Shown: in pieces, positions 1 to 13,970 of the stretch | Layout: every line of letters starts with the position of its first letter | How positions within the stretch are numbered: the stretch's first letter is position 1 | Assembly (NCBI RefSeq): GCF_037042905.1 | Contig: NC_087256.1 | Location: 2,170,001 to 2,234,000 of the forward strand | Direction: 5' to 3' | Length of the DNA stretch: 64,000 nt | DNA from: Lytechinus pictus | Lineage: Eukaryota | Made by a program: the position numbers and the translations under genes | The notes under the pieces: model-generated | What the model saw: the letters and a program-made list of their open reading frames with translations, nothing else | Database searches by the model: none | What the model was told of the DNA's origin: nothing

Positions 1-1770
1 AAAAATAGGCAATTATATATAAATTTTTCGATAATTTTAGAAAATGCTGGCAAGATTGATATAGGTCTGTAATTAGATAATTCTGACTTTGATCCATTTT
101 TAAAAATTGGAACAACACATGCGATTTTAAGTTTATCAGGGAATATTCCGGTAGTTAAAATATAATTAAAAATATTGCACAAGGGAAAACAGAGAATGTG
201 AATTGCTTTCTTAATGACTAACATACTAATTTCATCATACCCATCAGCAGCAGAATTACAAAAAACTACATACAATTTTAATAATTTAATCCGTTGTGGT
301 GTGATAAAAAAAAACAGTGTTATTGTTTCTATTCAAATATTGCACAAAATCTTTCTTTCTAGTACATGTAGTTGACTGCAAACTATTTGAAAGAGATGAA
401 CCGATATTAACAAAATTATCATTGAATGCTTGAGTGATATCACAATCGCCAACTACTTTATCATTGATAACATTTATACTTTCAATAACAATTTGCTTGT
501 TCACTCTACTCATTGCTGTATTAATAATATTCCAAGATTTTTTAAGATTGTATTTGGCATCCAAAAATAACTTTCTATAATACTCATTTTTTATATATTT
601 TATTTCATAGTTAACTTTATTACGATAAGACTTGTATTTATTCTCTCTATATGTAGTAGGTTTTTGATTAATGTCTTGTATAACAAATATATTTTATTGC
701 ACATAATTCTCAAGTCATCATTGAACCATGGTTTATCTTTACGGCGTTTACATTTGACATTAGTTTTACAAAAACATTCATCATATAAATTTGAGAATTG
801 ATTTAAAAAGTATTGTACATAACTTTAGGATTTCTACTATCAAAATTCCATACAATCCTTCCTAATTTTATAATAAAATCTACTATATTAACATTTATTT
901 TGCGCCTCATAGATACTGTATTTTGTTTGCTGATATAATGACTATGAATACAATACACTTACATCAACTAAAAAAACACCAGAATAGATATTGCATATAT
1001 CATTTGTAAATATGTTGTCTATTAAAGTAGTAGATTGTCTGGATACTCGAGTTGGAATATGAATGACTGGATAAATCGATCTGGTTATAAATACATCAAA
1101 AAATTCACTAACCTGTAGGCAAGAATTAGCATTTAATAAATTAAGGTTAACATCACCACAAAAATACAATAATTTATTTTCTTTAGAAACTTTATTTAGT
1201 ACTGTAGTAAGAGATTAGATTAAAAATTAGGCAACGATGAATTTAGCGGTCTATAAATTACGCTAGATATTATATTTTTAAAAGATGATTTAATTTCAAT
1301 AAAAATACATTCGATAAATTCCGAAAAAATATCTAAATCACTCCTATGTACAAAATAAAAATCATTTCTGATGTAAACTCCTACACCACCACCACCCCTG
1401 CGATCTTGGCGGGAGTTACCAATGAAATTGTACCCATTAATATTATAACAAGGATCATTACATTTTAGTCATGTCTCTGTTACACCTATTGCACAGAAAT
1501 TAACGTCGAGACCATGTAAAAAAGTAACAAGATTATCAATGTTCTTCTTTATACTTCTACAATTAATATGTATACAAGAAAATCCTTTTCGCAAATCAAC
1601 GTTAGATTGTTCTTCATGCAGGAACGTGTTAAATTCATTTGGCATAAAACAATTTAGTTGGGGACCATAAGAATTATGTTCATCATTATCAATTGGAGAT
1701 AAAAGCTTGGATATATGAAGAAAATTATCATTTCGCATTGCTTGTCTATATAACTCAACATCAGGCATAT
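1..1770 (-). mobile_element. Decayed non-LTR retrotransposon (CR1/L2-type LINE) ORF2: APE endonuclease followed by the start of the reverse transcriptase, running off the window edge
   Basis: Minus-strand fragments give APE motifs (FSCIHINCRS..AIGVTET, RRGGGVGVYI, GDVNLNLL, PTRVSRQSTTLIDNIFTN), a linker (SWNIIN..FNDNFVNIG) and pre-RT motifs at 1-190 (GIFPDKLKIACVVPIFK..SNYRPISILPAFSKIIEK). Broken by stops and frameshifts. Confidence 0.93.
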
Positions 1771-4700
1771 TTAAAACATTTACAAAACAGAATACACAAA
1801 CAAAAATAAGCAAAAACAAGGATAACAAAGAGAGTGTACAGAGAGTACAGTTTAAAAGAACCACCGGGAGTTTATCGTTAATAAAAAGTTTGACAATCTG
1901 AAAAAATGGAAGGTAAAGTTTATTATATATATGTTTAAAAAATGGACCTGTCAAAATATTTATTTCAACATCAATAAGTACATAATGTAAGGATCTGTAT
2001 CCATAAAATTAAAACTTACTTCCATATGTAATTCCAATAAAAATTAGATCTAAAATATGTATTAACAGAAGGAGTCAAAAGCAAGGAGCCATATAACAAA
2101 TAAATGATTTTTTTTCAGCAAAAAGCCATGACCAGATACATAATGAAATGAGTTACAGCAATCTATATCTAATGCATTAAATCACTTGTCAAACAAATCT
2201 TTTTAATTCTTCAGGGACAAAATTTGAATAAGCATAATTTGATATGATAAGATATAAAATAGCAAGTGGAAGAAGTGGTGATATGACATCATCATTTTGT
2301 TCATTTAATATTCATGAAGACATGCATGGATCTGTTTTACCGAAATGATGCATATCATTAAGATGTGAAAACGTTGTTATTCCGGGTCCGATTTTGATTA
2401 AATTGTCAGTGTTTGCTCATCTTATTTTTCTGTTTCCGTTAGATTCATATTATACCGCTTTAAGTTGAGCACTTCACATTTAGGGTGAGGACGTCGTGTG
2501 CATGACAGATAACACATTTGAACTTGATGTATAACTATACCCTAACAAAACACTTGCACATGTACACACACACACGCACCAACATAGGCACACCACTTAC
2601 GCGTTGGTTGATATATTACATGAAATGGAGCTTAATCATAAATTTAATTCTTAAACTCATTTATATATATATTTTCATTCAGGTATGTAGAATTTGATAT
2701 CCTCATCATTATTAATAGGCCTCGAAGATACCTAGCACAAGAATTTAAATATTAATGTCTAATTATGCTTAGCAATTAAAATACTGGAGTTCTTAAGTCT
2801 GTTTGTATATTGGCTATGATGTGTGCCGAAGTAGCAATGGTGTTGTGTTGTCCGGAATAATTATGGCTCAGAATACAAAATGTGTCTGATTTTTTAGACT
2901 ATCAATATTTGTGCCCGTGAACTTTGAACTTGTATATTGGGCAGTGAAGTGGTCATGGTTTTCTCCCTTTATTATGTTACTTTGTTAGCATAAAAGCCTG
3001 CTATGTTTGATCTTGCCCGTGCTATGTGCTATCATTACGCTGAGAAAATAAACACCCCCTCACTATAATCACAAAAAAACACTGTTGTATGTAAATGAAT
3101 GGCCAGCGTCCCGGTAGATTATTGAAGAGATATGGGGAGATCAGATCGACCTCCAGTAATGTGATAGGCGCACATTCAGCCTATAAGACGTAAGAACAAT
3201 GTAAAGTTATATAGATACGCCGAACAACAATTTCTTTATCAAAAAAGCCATTAGCCTGTTTTATTATATAGATGAAAATAGATCTGAAATGAAACAACAG
3301 GATAAATACATTTTTTTCAATTTCCAACTATAGTAATCTGTACTTTTGTTTTCTTTTAATTTGATAAGTGTGGTCGCTCAAACGTGTGCCTTATGGCAGC
3401 GGTGTATGACCAGGAATAACACATGATCACGTGACTTCAGCGCATGATACTAACGATCACGCATTACAAGGCAATGTTCTAGAACATGACTTGTGTGCAT
3501 ATAGTAATATATCTGTGTATACATAAAATTCGATTGGTGACATATTTTGTTTCATGATTGAACTAAAACTTATAAATGTCAAGCCTGAATCATTCACACG
3601 ATACCATTGTACACCATCATCATTTACCACGTGTGACTAATAGCCCTCATAATGAATTCTACTGTTTATTAAGCAAAACATAAATTATGTTTTTTCTAGT
3701 CATTATTTTTTACCATTCACTGTTATATTATATCATACTCAATACCATGCTTTATTACACGCGGAAATGAAATTATGCATTAACGATTCCATGTACCAGA
3801 AATATTGACCCGTGATCGGAAATAAAAACTAACAACATGAAAAGTTGGAGCACCAGGACAGTTAATACACACAACATATAATCACACAATTCAGGCTCGT
3901 ATATGGATAACCAAAGAAAAAAAAAGAATAGGTCCGCTTATTGGTCGAAAGAAAAAGAAATGATGTTCAGGAAGCTAGGAACCATTAGTGATAACAAAAA
4001 TCCATATTTTGAAAAAATATTCAGGACACCTCACTTTAGTTGCATGTGGTTAATTTATTAACTTTGATTACAAGAAGCGAAAATTTTACTATTTCCCGGA
4101 CAAATCAGTATTGAAAATACTCGATAAGCTGGATTTAGAAATAAATAGAGTTGGAGTGTTTTGAAGTGCGATGAATTAGTCCTAAGTCATTTCAAATTTA
4201 TATTCAATTTGAGAGAATACAAATTATGTAGGGCAATTTAGATGTGAACTTTTACACACATATTTACTAATCGAAATATCCTTTATGACGCTATGAAAAT
4301 AGGATGACATACATCATTGGTATTTATTCAAGTGTATTTGCCTTAAACCTACAACTGTTTACTTGTATGCGCCGATAGTGATATGAAGCTTTTGTATAGT
4401 GCACACTAGTATGTTGTATACATCATGGACATGTAGAAAAGGTTTCGTGACTTGGAAATGAACGGACAAACTTTGCATATTCCCGTCGCGATGTGTCACA
4501 TTTCTCAGAAATCGAAATATTCAAGTCGCCTTTCTCTCGCCCTCTCTTTTTCAAACTCTGGCTTCCGCATTACAATTTCTTTCCTTTTTTTGCATGTGAT
4601 GAAATACATGAATCGGAATCCTGCCATTTCTACGAAATTAAATTGGACATCGAATTCCAAAAATCTCCCACCCACTTAATGCGTTAAATATAATCCTCCT

Positions 4701-5440
4701 CTTTATGTCGCTTTACCATTCCACATCGTGTAGCATGTCAATGTAATCATGGATCCTACTAGTATGAGGATCCATAAATGAAGTAAACATCAATTATACT
4801 CGGCGGGGTTTGTGAACGATATTTATACTCCATTGATATAATGAGGGCAGAATAAAATTCAGTACGTAAATAATGTGTTATCCTTCATCATGATGATGGT
4901 AACTTCGCAATCAGAACAAATTCATCTCGAATAGAACTCTCCCTCTTCATCCCCCCCCCTCTCTCTATCTCTCCTCATATACATCCCGAAGGCTATGAAA
5001 CATGTTCTATATCTCCAGTGCCATGGCATTGTGTTGCCTTGAAAATGACTAATGTCGTGCATATTTACATTACGAAAGCATAATGGTGCAAAACGGGTAC
5101 CATCCGGTCATGTGATTTTGAAATGCACAGAATGTACGGGACAATGTATAGCATTCTTTTATCCATTCATGAATAATTCATGGGTAGATATATCAACCGG
5201 TCTACTATTCAGTTTCCAAGAAAGAGGTTAATGCATATTACGCTACAAATCGATTTAACTGAAAAATTACTGCGCTTTAACGAAAAGTACTGAACATTCA
5301 TGCATTTCATAACTATCGTCAAAAATATGACAAATTTTCAACAACAAAAAATATGCCTATGTGTTTTATGTATTTGATCATTATTGCCAAAAAGGAAAAT
5401 GAGCACTTGTAGTATTTACGAGCAACAAATCCAACATTTT

Positions 5441-6878
5441 GAAAGTGGAATCCGACTAAAATGAAAATGTTATTTAAAAGGGATAAAAATCCCTTTTACA
5501 GATATACAGTGCGTATCAAAAAAAAGTTTACACTTAGAAAAAATCCTGTAAAATTATATATTTGTAATATCCTGAAGATTTTTCCGTATTTTAAGATTGG
5601 TACAGATCCATTTAAGCAAATGACGATATAACTGTCGGAAAATATTTCCACTTGAGTGAGCACCACTGACTTTTGAAAAGTGTGTGAAAAATGATTTGCG
5701 CAGAACTTTGAAATAGTTATGCGAATAAAAGTAGACCTTAATCATGAAGAACACTTTGATTTTAGACAGTAAAATTGATTTGAAGATATCTTTTACTTTT
5801 TAAAACTTGTTTTCTTGCCCAAAACACTTCGAAGAGTGCATTGCGCCCCACCCACTTACCCACACACCGAGGCCATCGTGACGATATTTGCTTTACACTG
5901 AGCTGCGATATACATGAAATGGGTTAGGCTTGATTTTCATTTTGTTAATCATTGTCAAGCTTGGGAAAAGTGTGGAGAAACAAGTATTAAATGAAAAATG
6001 AAATGTAAACCCACTTTAAATGATAAAAACTTAGTGAAAAAATGCTGTAGATGTCTGATATAAACTTTTGTTCAGATTCAGTTATGTCCTCAGATCCAGC
6101 TGGCACAAAAGAGGTAAAGGTTGTGCTTACTAAGTGTTGAAATTTCAATTTGAGTCGCAAAATTGTTACAAAATGCTTGAATGTATCCGTTTTATTTCAA
6201 TTGACTATAAAAGCAAAGGAAATGTATGAGAAATGTTTCGCAGTGTAAGTTTGATATCGCCCTTTCCCCTTGACACAGCGTGAAAACGAGCATTTCTGCG
6301 CAAACAGATTTCTGCGAGCTTTACAAAAATGGACAGTGCTCACTCAAGTGTAACATTCTGTCAAAACTTTTACTTTCATTGGATAAATGAGACCCAAACC
6401 CAAGATTATATGTGAAAAAATTACCCTCGTGTTGTATATTTTTGAATTCCCAGGGCGTTTTCAAAGTGTAAACTTTTTTTGATACGCACTGTATAAGTAA
6501 AATTTGAATAAAATAGGAGAAACAATTATAAATTTTGATTTTTAATGTTTTATGGGGATTTCAAATTGGCAACACAGATGTCATTCTTATATTTGGTAGT
6601 GACATACATATTATATCAATATGTCTCTATGAATCTTTCTAAAAAGGCTAGTGATTTTTTTATGGGGACTTAATAGGAATATTCTTTACATTTTTATTAC
6701 TACCCAATTATAAATATGCTTCGGAGAAAACAACAAATTCCTAGAAATCATGAATTTATAAATGTGATATTTACAAACTCTTATATTCAAACAACCACAA
6801 CGTCCCAATCCGTGATCTTTTAAACATTCGTCTTCTTTCACACAAGCCATTTAGTTACTAAGGGTCCATTTCCCTTTA
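5441..6878. mobile_element. Old, eroded TTAA-type (Kolobok-like) MITE interrupted by the Tc1/mariner MITE
   Basis: Flanks of the inserted element rejoin into sequence resembling the 43825-44412 family (aaagtggaatcc..aaatttgaataa..atggggatttcaaattggc) and end in atttccctttaa. Confidence 0.55.
5507..6491. mobile_element. Non-autonomous Tc1/mariner-type element (MITE)
   Basis: Near-perfect TIRs CAGTGCGTATCAAAAAAA(A)GTTTACACTT, TA target duplication on both sides (5505-5506, 6492-6493), no transposase ORF. Confidence 0.9.
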
Positions 6879-7570
6879 AAAACACACTCTTTTCATTATG
6901 TGCTCAGCATGATAAAACCATTGATCAGTGTACATGGTGAACTGTCCGCCTGGGGGAGGGGGGGGGGGGGTGAAAGGGAGGATCAATCTATCACAAGTAA
7001 TAATAGGCATATCATATAATTGAACCTTTAAGAATACAAACTTTGTTTTCAAGCTGATTTTAAGATTTAATATATTTCAACTCCCCATCAATCATTTCAG
7101 TCCATGTGTGTTTGTAAAATAATTGCTAGAATTCCAACTTTCCCTTAAACAGACACTATTTTGTGAGTAGAATGTAAATGTTTACACAATATTGTGCAGT
7201 CTATATGTAAGTCTTATTTTTTATCGTTTTACAGACTGCCAAAATTATAGAAAAGTGACAGGAGTTGGTTTGACATCTTTCACTTTCGTTAAAGTCAATA
7301 ATGAGCGTTCTTCACCTTCTTTTCATTTTTCTAAATTTCTTCAAATTATTTTGATAGCTGTTGACCTCTCAAATAATTTATATACCTCATCCATCAGCCC
7401 CTTCCCCCACACACATACACCCATCCATCCTCCCACCTGACTTCCACACACAATCATCCAATTTAAAACAGGTGACATTGAAATTGTATACAAAAGTGAA
7501 AAAATAAGAATGAATATATAAAAAAGAAAAAGGTTGAAAAACAGAAAGAGAAATCAAAGTAAGAGAGTAA

Positions 7571-7731
7571 TACCATGGTCACATTTGCTCTACGGCGGCC
7601 GTACGGCGAGTCGAAAACAGCCATCTTAACATTATCATACCAGCTACATATAGGTGGTTTGAATAAAAATAAATAAAACAGCCGTTTTCGACTCGCCGTA
7701 TGGCCGCCGTAGAGCAAATGTGACCGAAGTA
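7571..7731. mobile_element. Short palindromic PIF/Harbinger-like MITE
   Basis: ~40-bp inverted repeats (GGTCACATTTGCTCTACGGCGGCCGTACGGCGAGTCGAAAAC / GTTTTCGACTCGCCGTATGGCCGCCGTAGAGCAAATGTGACC), TAA duplication at 7568-7570 and 7732-7734; second copy at 32994-33154. Confidence 0.85.
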
Positions 7732-7774
7732 TAAGCAGTATCTTTGTGATCAGCAATAAAAAAAATGTGGTTCC

Positions 7775-7806
7775 TTGACAAAAAACACAGAAAGAATGTT
7801 TTTATT
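7775..7806 (-). terminator. Candidate distal cleavage/polyadenylation site of the zinc-finger gene
   Basis: Minus strand reads AATAAA (7806-7801) then AACATTCTTTC and a GU/U-rich element TGTGTTTTTTGT. Coincides with the change from CpG-poor to CpG-normal sequence. Confidence 0.55.
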
Positions 7807-8497
7807 TTACAGAGTATCTTTAATTAAATTTAATGTGTTTCTGGACTGTACATAGAAGGTATCGGCACTTGCACTGTATAAATATATATGATACATCTCC
7901 TGTGGGTGTGCATCGACATACCAAACACCTCTTAGTACAATGAATGAATAGACAAAACATAAACAGACACAAGCATGATTCGCAATATCATTTAGAAATG
8001 GAAAATAAGAGAAATAAATGTACAATCAGAATTGAATTCAGTATTGAAATATAAAACACAATTTCCTTCACCAATACTGAATATAACAATATCTTTTTCT
8101 TTTTCCCCTTATAATGGAGAGAATTATAGATCTGAGAGAGACGATTTAAAGAGGAAATAACAAAATAGAAGCACAACAAATACATCTTATTGATGTGTGA
8201 TTTTTTTTCATAATGAAATACACAAGACAAATACATCCTTTTCTTTCCCCATCATCCTGCAAAAAAATGTTTATATAAGGCATGGCAACCTTCCTGGAGT
8301 GAAATAAAATTCAAACATTAATTCATTCATAAATGAAATTACTGTAAGTTTCCTGGAAAATTCCCATTCATCTCCACGTAACATTGGTGCAGGATGTTGT
8401 CTCCTTGTCGTTCTTGATTGAACAAGGTTTACTCATCACAAGTTATGCAGTATGTAATCACAACTCCACCTGCATAATGAAATACATTCTTTACAAT

Positions 8498-8648
8498 CTG
8501 GGTATCATTCTTAAAGACTTGCTATGATGGCAAATAACACAATTTATGTAACAAATCTACTATCAACCAATCAGATTGAAGGACTTTAGTAGCTTTAAAC
8601 TATTATTGCAATTTGCTATTATAACAAGTTTTATGAAACATGTCCCAG
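8498..8648. mobile_element. Eroded short palindromic MITE
   Basis: Imperfect TIRs ctgggtatcattcttaaagacttg / caagttttatgaaacatgtcccag around a ccaatcag core. Confidence 0.55.
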
Positions 8649-10191
8649 ATGTGAAATTATCATACCCACAAAACCATGCCCTTAATCGCAGGTATGTAGG
8701 GAAAGACAAAAATGATCAAAAAACCATAAGGGCAATGGAATCTAATTAATTCAACAAGTTTGGCAACATACCAGTATCTTCGTCTCCTGTAGAAGGTACA
8801 AATAAGGTTCTTTCAATTTTTGAGTTGATGAGAACTCCCTGAGAAATACATGTATACATTGAGTTTAATACCCCATTTCTGGAACAAAAGAGGATCAAGT
8901 CCAATTTGAAAGAAAATAAATATGTTTTGGGGTATAGATACAACTGATTCCATTGCCTATATGTGTATTGTGAGCTAACATTAATTGATGTGGACAGTGA
9001 AACAATGCCCAAGACTTGGTAAAATACACTTAACAGTACAATTATTTCATTAGTGTGCTACAACTATACACAGCAGTATCGTGCTCCAAATCACACATTT
9101 AAATAGAGTCAAAGTCTTCCATTTTGTCTGTTACATTACACTACTGATACATGCTAAAGAACTTTCTCCAAGTCTGTTTATTAACAGGGTATCCTAATAG
9201 CACTAAAACTGCAAGAAGCTTGGAAAAAATGTAAAAGTAGAAAGAAAATAGCAAGCATGTTACACAGTATAAAATTGAATATATTCAACAAATGTACAAA
9301 TATAGTTGCGAGAAAAAGAAAAAAAGTCAGGATCCTTAACATAGGTACACACATATATATATAACACATAAACATATATATATACCTATATAAAGCCTGA
9401 ATTATGATATCCCTGAAATAACTCTCCAGTGAAACATCATATAACTTTTGTCATCACACATTACAACATGGGAAACAAAAGCATGCATAATACAAAAAAA
9501 GGCTCAGGTATTAATCTTAAACATATAGCATTTAGTCCCTGAGATACAATTAGGAAGGGATAATCAGAGAGAGGGGGTTCCCCGTAGGGTCCCTCGACAC
9601 CTGCCCCTCACAAAATAGTGTTTTTTTTCCCTTATCATCATGCACTTTACAAATGATTTTCTCTCAATACACAATCACTGGTTAATACTAGTTCACTCTA
9701 TACACACCGCTCTATCTACTCGTCCTACAATAATCTAACTTCCTAAAATGGATCATTAAATAGCCCATTCCCAACATAATCAAACCTGCCATTCAGTGTC
9801 TTCTCCCAATATTCATAAAAAGTACCAAATTCCTGAAGCTACACAGATGATTTTTTTTTCCAAAACGGCCCACATGGCAAATCTTTGAGGATTCCTTTGA
9901 GAATCATAAATATTTTCTTAAATATTATTTTTGAAGGATGTCTTTTTAAAATTGTTTATACAAGTAGAATAGCTTTCTAAAATGCATTTTTCCCTCTAGA
10001 CAATTCAAGAAGTAAAAATAATTCAGAAAAAAACCCAAATCATATTGACCATAAATATGAATGCTTTATTCAAAAACATTATCTTAGGGTTCTTTAAATG
10101 TTAGTATTTCCTCTTTGTTAAGCATTTTAAGATCAGCTATGAAACACTCTGGCCCTAGTTGTAAGTATACCCTAACTATTGAGATTGACAA

Positions 10192-10400
10192 TTAGGGTCA
10201 AGTCCATCTCAACAAGAAGTTTATTTGAATGAAAATACAAAAATCAAACAAGCATCAAGAAAGGTATGATAGCTTCAAGTCTCTAAACTTTAAAAATGTC
10301 ACAACTTTCTAATTTTACATCTGAAATCGATAGAATATATGGTGCTATTCTTGTCGATTTTTTTAGGTTTTGTATTCATTTGTCATTGGGGAGGACTTGG
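10192..10400. mobile_element. Internally deleted, eroded copy of the Kolobok-like MITE family A
   Basis: ggtcaagtccatctcaacaagaag..aaaatcaaacaagcat and aaatgtcacaactttctaattttacatc..ggggaggacttg match both ends of the 21144-21746 family. Confidence 0.65.
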
Positions 10401-13400
10401 ATTAGTTTTATTAAAAGTCTCAGTATTTTTAGCTGTGGCTTCTTTTTTTTAGCGTCTCTTAGCTTCAGATCCACTAGATGTAATCCCACAAATCAATTGT
10501 TAACTGGTTATATTTAACAGCTCATCCCCCTTAAATTCTTAAGAATATTATTGTAATTACTCAGTCATTGTGGTAGTACTGAAATCACAAAAACACCATC
10601 CTCATTGATACTAAACACATTTCTCTGCTTTCCCTTAAGAAAGTTTGTCAACCATTCCTAATATCATCATTAAAAATCAATAATCCCTTTATGCATGATA
10701 CGGGAGGTAATGCCCAATTAATAATAATAATAAATGGCTGAATGCTCTATATACTGAAAACAATTTGTTTGAAATCCAATCTGTGACTGACTTTACCTAC
10801 ACAATGGGTTAAAATAATATGAACAATCAATCATCATGAGATGGAAAACTTGAAAGCAAGTTTATACTGGCCATTGTTATAACATTGAATATGGCTGTGA
10901 AAATATACAAGGCTTGTTGATCAATATTGAGCAGTATGCAATCCATCTTATTAACAATTCATTACTTACTTGAGCTTTTCATTCAATATTTTTTTTTCAA
11001 AAAAAAAATATAATATGCGAAAAACACAACATGTACACTTTCTTGTGGTAACATTTTATTTCAATAGATTTTGCAGCATTTAAAACTAAAACCCTTGGGT
11101 ATAATCCCTAAACAAATGTGATCTTGGCTAGAATCATGTTCTTCTTTTCATACACTTCCAACAGAAGTACAAACATAATTATGTTTTTAGATGTACTTTG
11201 AGATCTGTTATATACCATAGGGCTCACATTCTAAACATACCAGAAAGGTTATACATCAATTACTAATGCTAATATAATACTCTACAATCTTATAACTTCA
11301 TTTCACTAACACATACATTGTGCTTGAAGCGAGAGCAAACAGTTCTATAATACACATGTACACATTCATCCAACCATGACACTGTTTGGTGAGAGATAAT
11401 GTCACATTTAAAATGGAAAAAACAATCATCTTTCCTGAAAAACCCCACAATGCCATGACCCAATTGAGTCTAGAGAAAAGAGAACAGTAACTAGAAAAAA
11501 AAAATGCATGTTGACAAAAAACAAACAAACTTATATTCCCTGCAGAAGTCCACAATACACCTACTATTCTTCCATTCATACAATCTCATACCTCTAAATT
11601 TTTAAAGGATAAACAAAATAAAATGCACTCAAATTACACTACGGTGGCTGAGAGATAGAGGTCTAATAATGGTCAATCAGAATCTCTCATATTTCAAATA
11701 GTTAGTGAGGTAGATTTTCAACAAATATCAAATATTTACATAGGCTACAAGAAGTACCCTCTAACAATTTTCATTAAAATCTCATTTACCAATAACATAG
11801 CAATATCATAATCTCAAAAAATCGACAAATCACAAGAGAATATATTAGTTTGATGTGATTCCTTTAAGTGAGGTGAAAATATTTAACATTTCTAAACACA
11901 GAATGAAGAGTTTACTATGTGTACAATTAAACCGACCACCTGTTGTCAAATTTCTATAAATAATGTAGTACAGAAAGTTGAAGAAAAAAAATCACAATTG
12001 TCTTCATAAAAAATTGAGAAACCAATGATTTGATGTTCGTTCTTATGGAAATTTGAAACCCACTTTGTGCAACATACTCATAAGTTATGTTTCCTCCAAA
12101 ATATATGAAATCATTTTATTACTGTTCCATACATTATTTGCAAAATAATGTATAATATGGCTTAATAAAGATGTGATACAAAGAGTGAGGTATTTTAGAC
12201 ATAATGCACTTTCCATTTTCATACTTTCTTCATTTTTCAATCATTGCAAATTTACAATTGAGGTAAAAGTGCTAGTAATAACCTCTTTCATAAATGAAAT
12301 GATGTGGAACTTTAGAACATGTGTTTGAAAAACTGCACAATGCCGCCAACATAATATTTGTATTGCCTTAATTCATTTATTTATTTATTTAGTTTTTAAT
12401 ACATGTCAACACTTGTCAAAAGGAAAATCAATTTTTGTTTTTTCCTTTTACATTGAAGCATCAGTCTTAAAGGACTGTAATTATACATTTCAAATTTACT
12501 ATAAAACAGAAGGGTTAATTATTTGTCTTTAATATCTAAGTAAAGCCAGATATGAGGTAGCATTCTTATGTACACAGCACATTCAACACCAGGAAAACAA
12601 AATAAGAAATAAAAACCCAATTAATTTTACAAATACATTAAAACACCTGTATTTTTCATGTGCTTTTAGACATATATGGACATTAGTACTACGTGAGTGA
12701 TAGCTGTTATATAATCAGTTTATGACTATAATGTATTCCCGATTGTATAATGCTATCACACTTTCACAAAACATCCAGGTACTTATAAAACAAAACAAAA
12801 AATGCCCCAAACCATAAAAAAAAAAAAAAAAAAGTTTAAATTGTATACTATGTAAGATAAACTTGAGTGCTGTTAACATTCAATTGCCCTTTTTAAAAAT
12901 CATATACTAAGTAGAGATGGTCATGAGAGATGATCTTTTTGTAAATTTGGGTACCTCTAGGTTTTATTTCAGAAGATATGCTGATATTTCCCTGAGATTA
13001 TAAATTCGATAATTGCAATTTAGTAAATGATGCCAGCTAATTTATCGGGTAAAACAGTGTACAATTCCCCATACAACAGATTGAGCGTGATATTCCCTGA
13101 TCATGATTAATGATCATATACCTTGTCAAAAAGAGGATTTCACTACTTGAAAAATATTGTATATAGGGGGAAAAATTTTACTTTTAATATAGCTAAAATG
13201 AGCACAACTGATGTTTTATTTTCTTGCTGCAGTAAAAATAAATGACAGAAGGACATAAATAAGAAGGAATTGTTAGGAGCTAGAACTAAAGATTTCAAGA
13301 GGGTGGATGGGCTTAAACTCAAGGGAAATCACCTTCAAGCTAAATTAGCTTTGGTAAATTCATTGTCAAATGAAGATCTGATCTAAATAAATAAATAAAC

Positions 13401-13907
13401 AAAGTACCTAAACTTTGAAGTTCCAAAATATCAATATCTTCTCCCTTTTTTTTTGGGGGGGGGGGGGCGGGGGAGGGGAATGAATTTACTTTTATATGCA
13501 TGTAATGAGGGGACAATTTCATGCAACATTTCTGATATTAGCTTATTCTGGAAATAACAGGTCAATAACACTGCTTACAGACCTGAATGTGATCAAAATG
13601 GTTGAATACAGATTACTACAGGGAATCATATTTACATTAATTGTCAGACATACAGGAGTCCAATATAATCTTTACCAAATCTCTACCAACATTTTACAGT
13701 ATATAGCTCAAATTTTTTCTGAGCAAAAAGGTATACAGATCACCAAAACCAACTTAAAATACCATGAAGGGAAATATCTTCTTCTTTTTTTTACATTAAA
13801 GAGCAACCCATTTTATGGTTGTTTTTGTTGTTGTTATACCCAAGGTATCTTTTCTGAGCTTCAAGATGATATGATCTTGTTCTGAAAAGTTAGAAAGGAT
13901 GGCCTGT

Positions 13908-13934
13908 ATATATATATTAAATATATATATATAT

Positions 13935-13965
<31 letters not shown>
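13908..13965. repeat. (TA)n microsatellite, interrupted
   Basis: Directly visible. Confidence 0.95.

Positions 13966-13970
<5 letters not shown>

Noticed and set aside
13496-13885. 129-aa ORF and other 60-100-aa ORFs in AT-rich regions
   Set aside because: Low-complexity F/I/L/K/Y-biased translations with no motifs or splice context.
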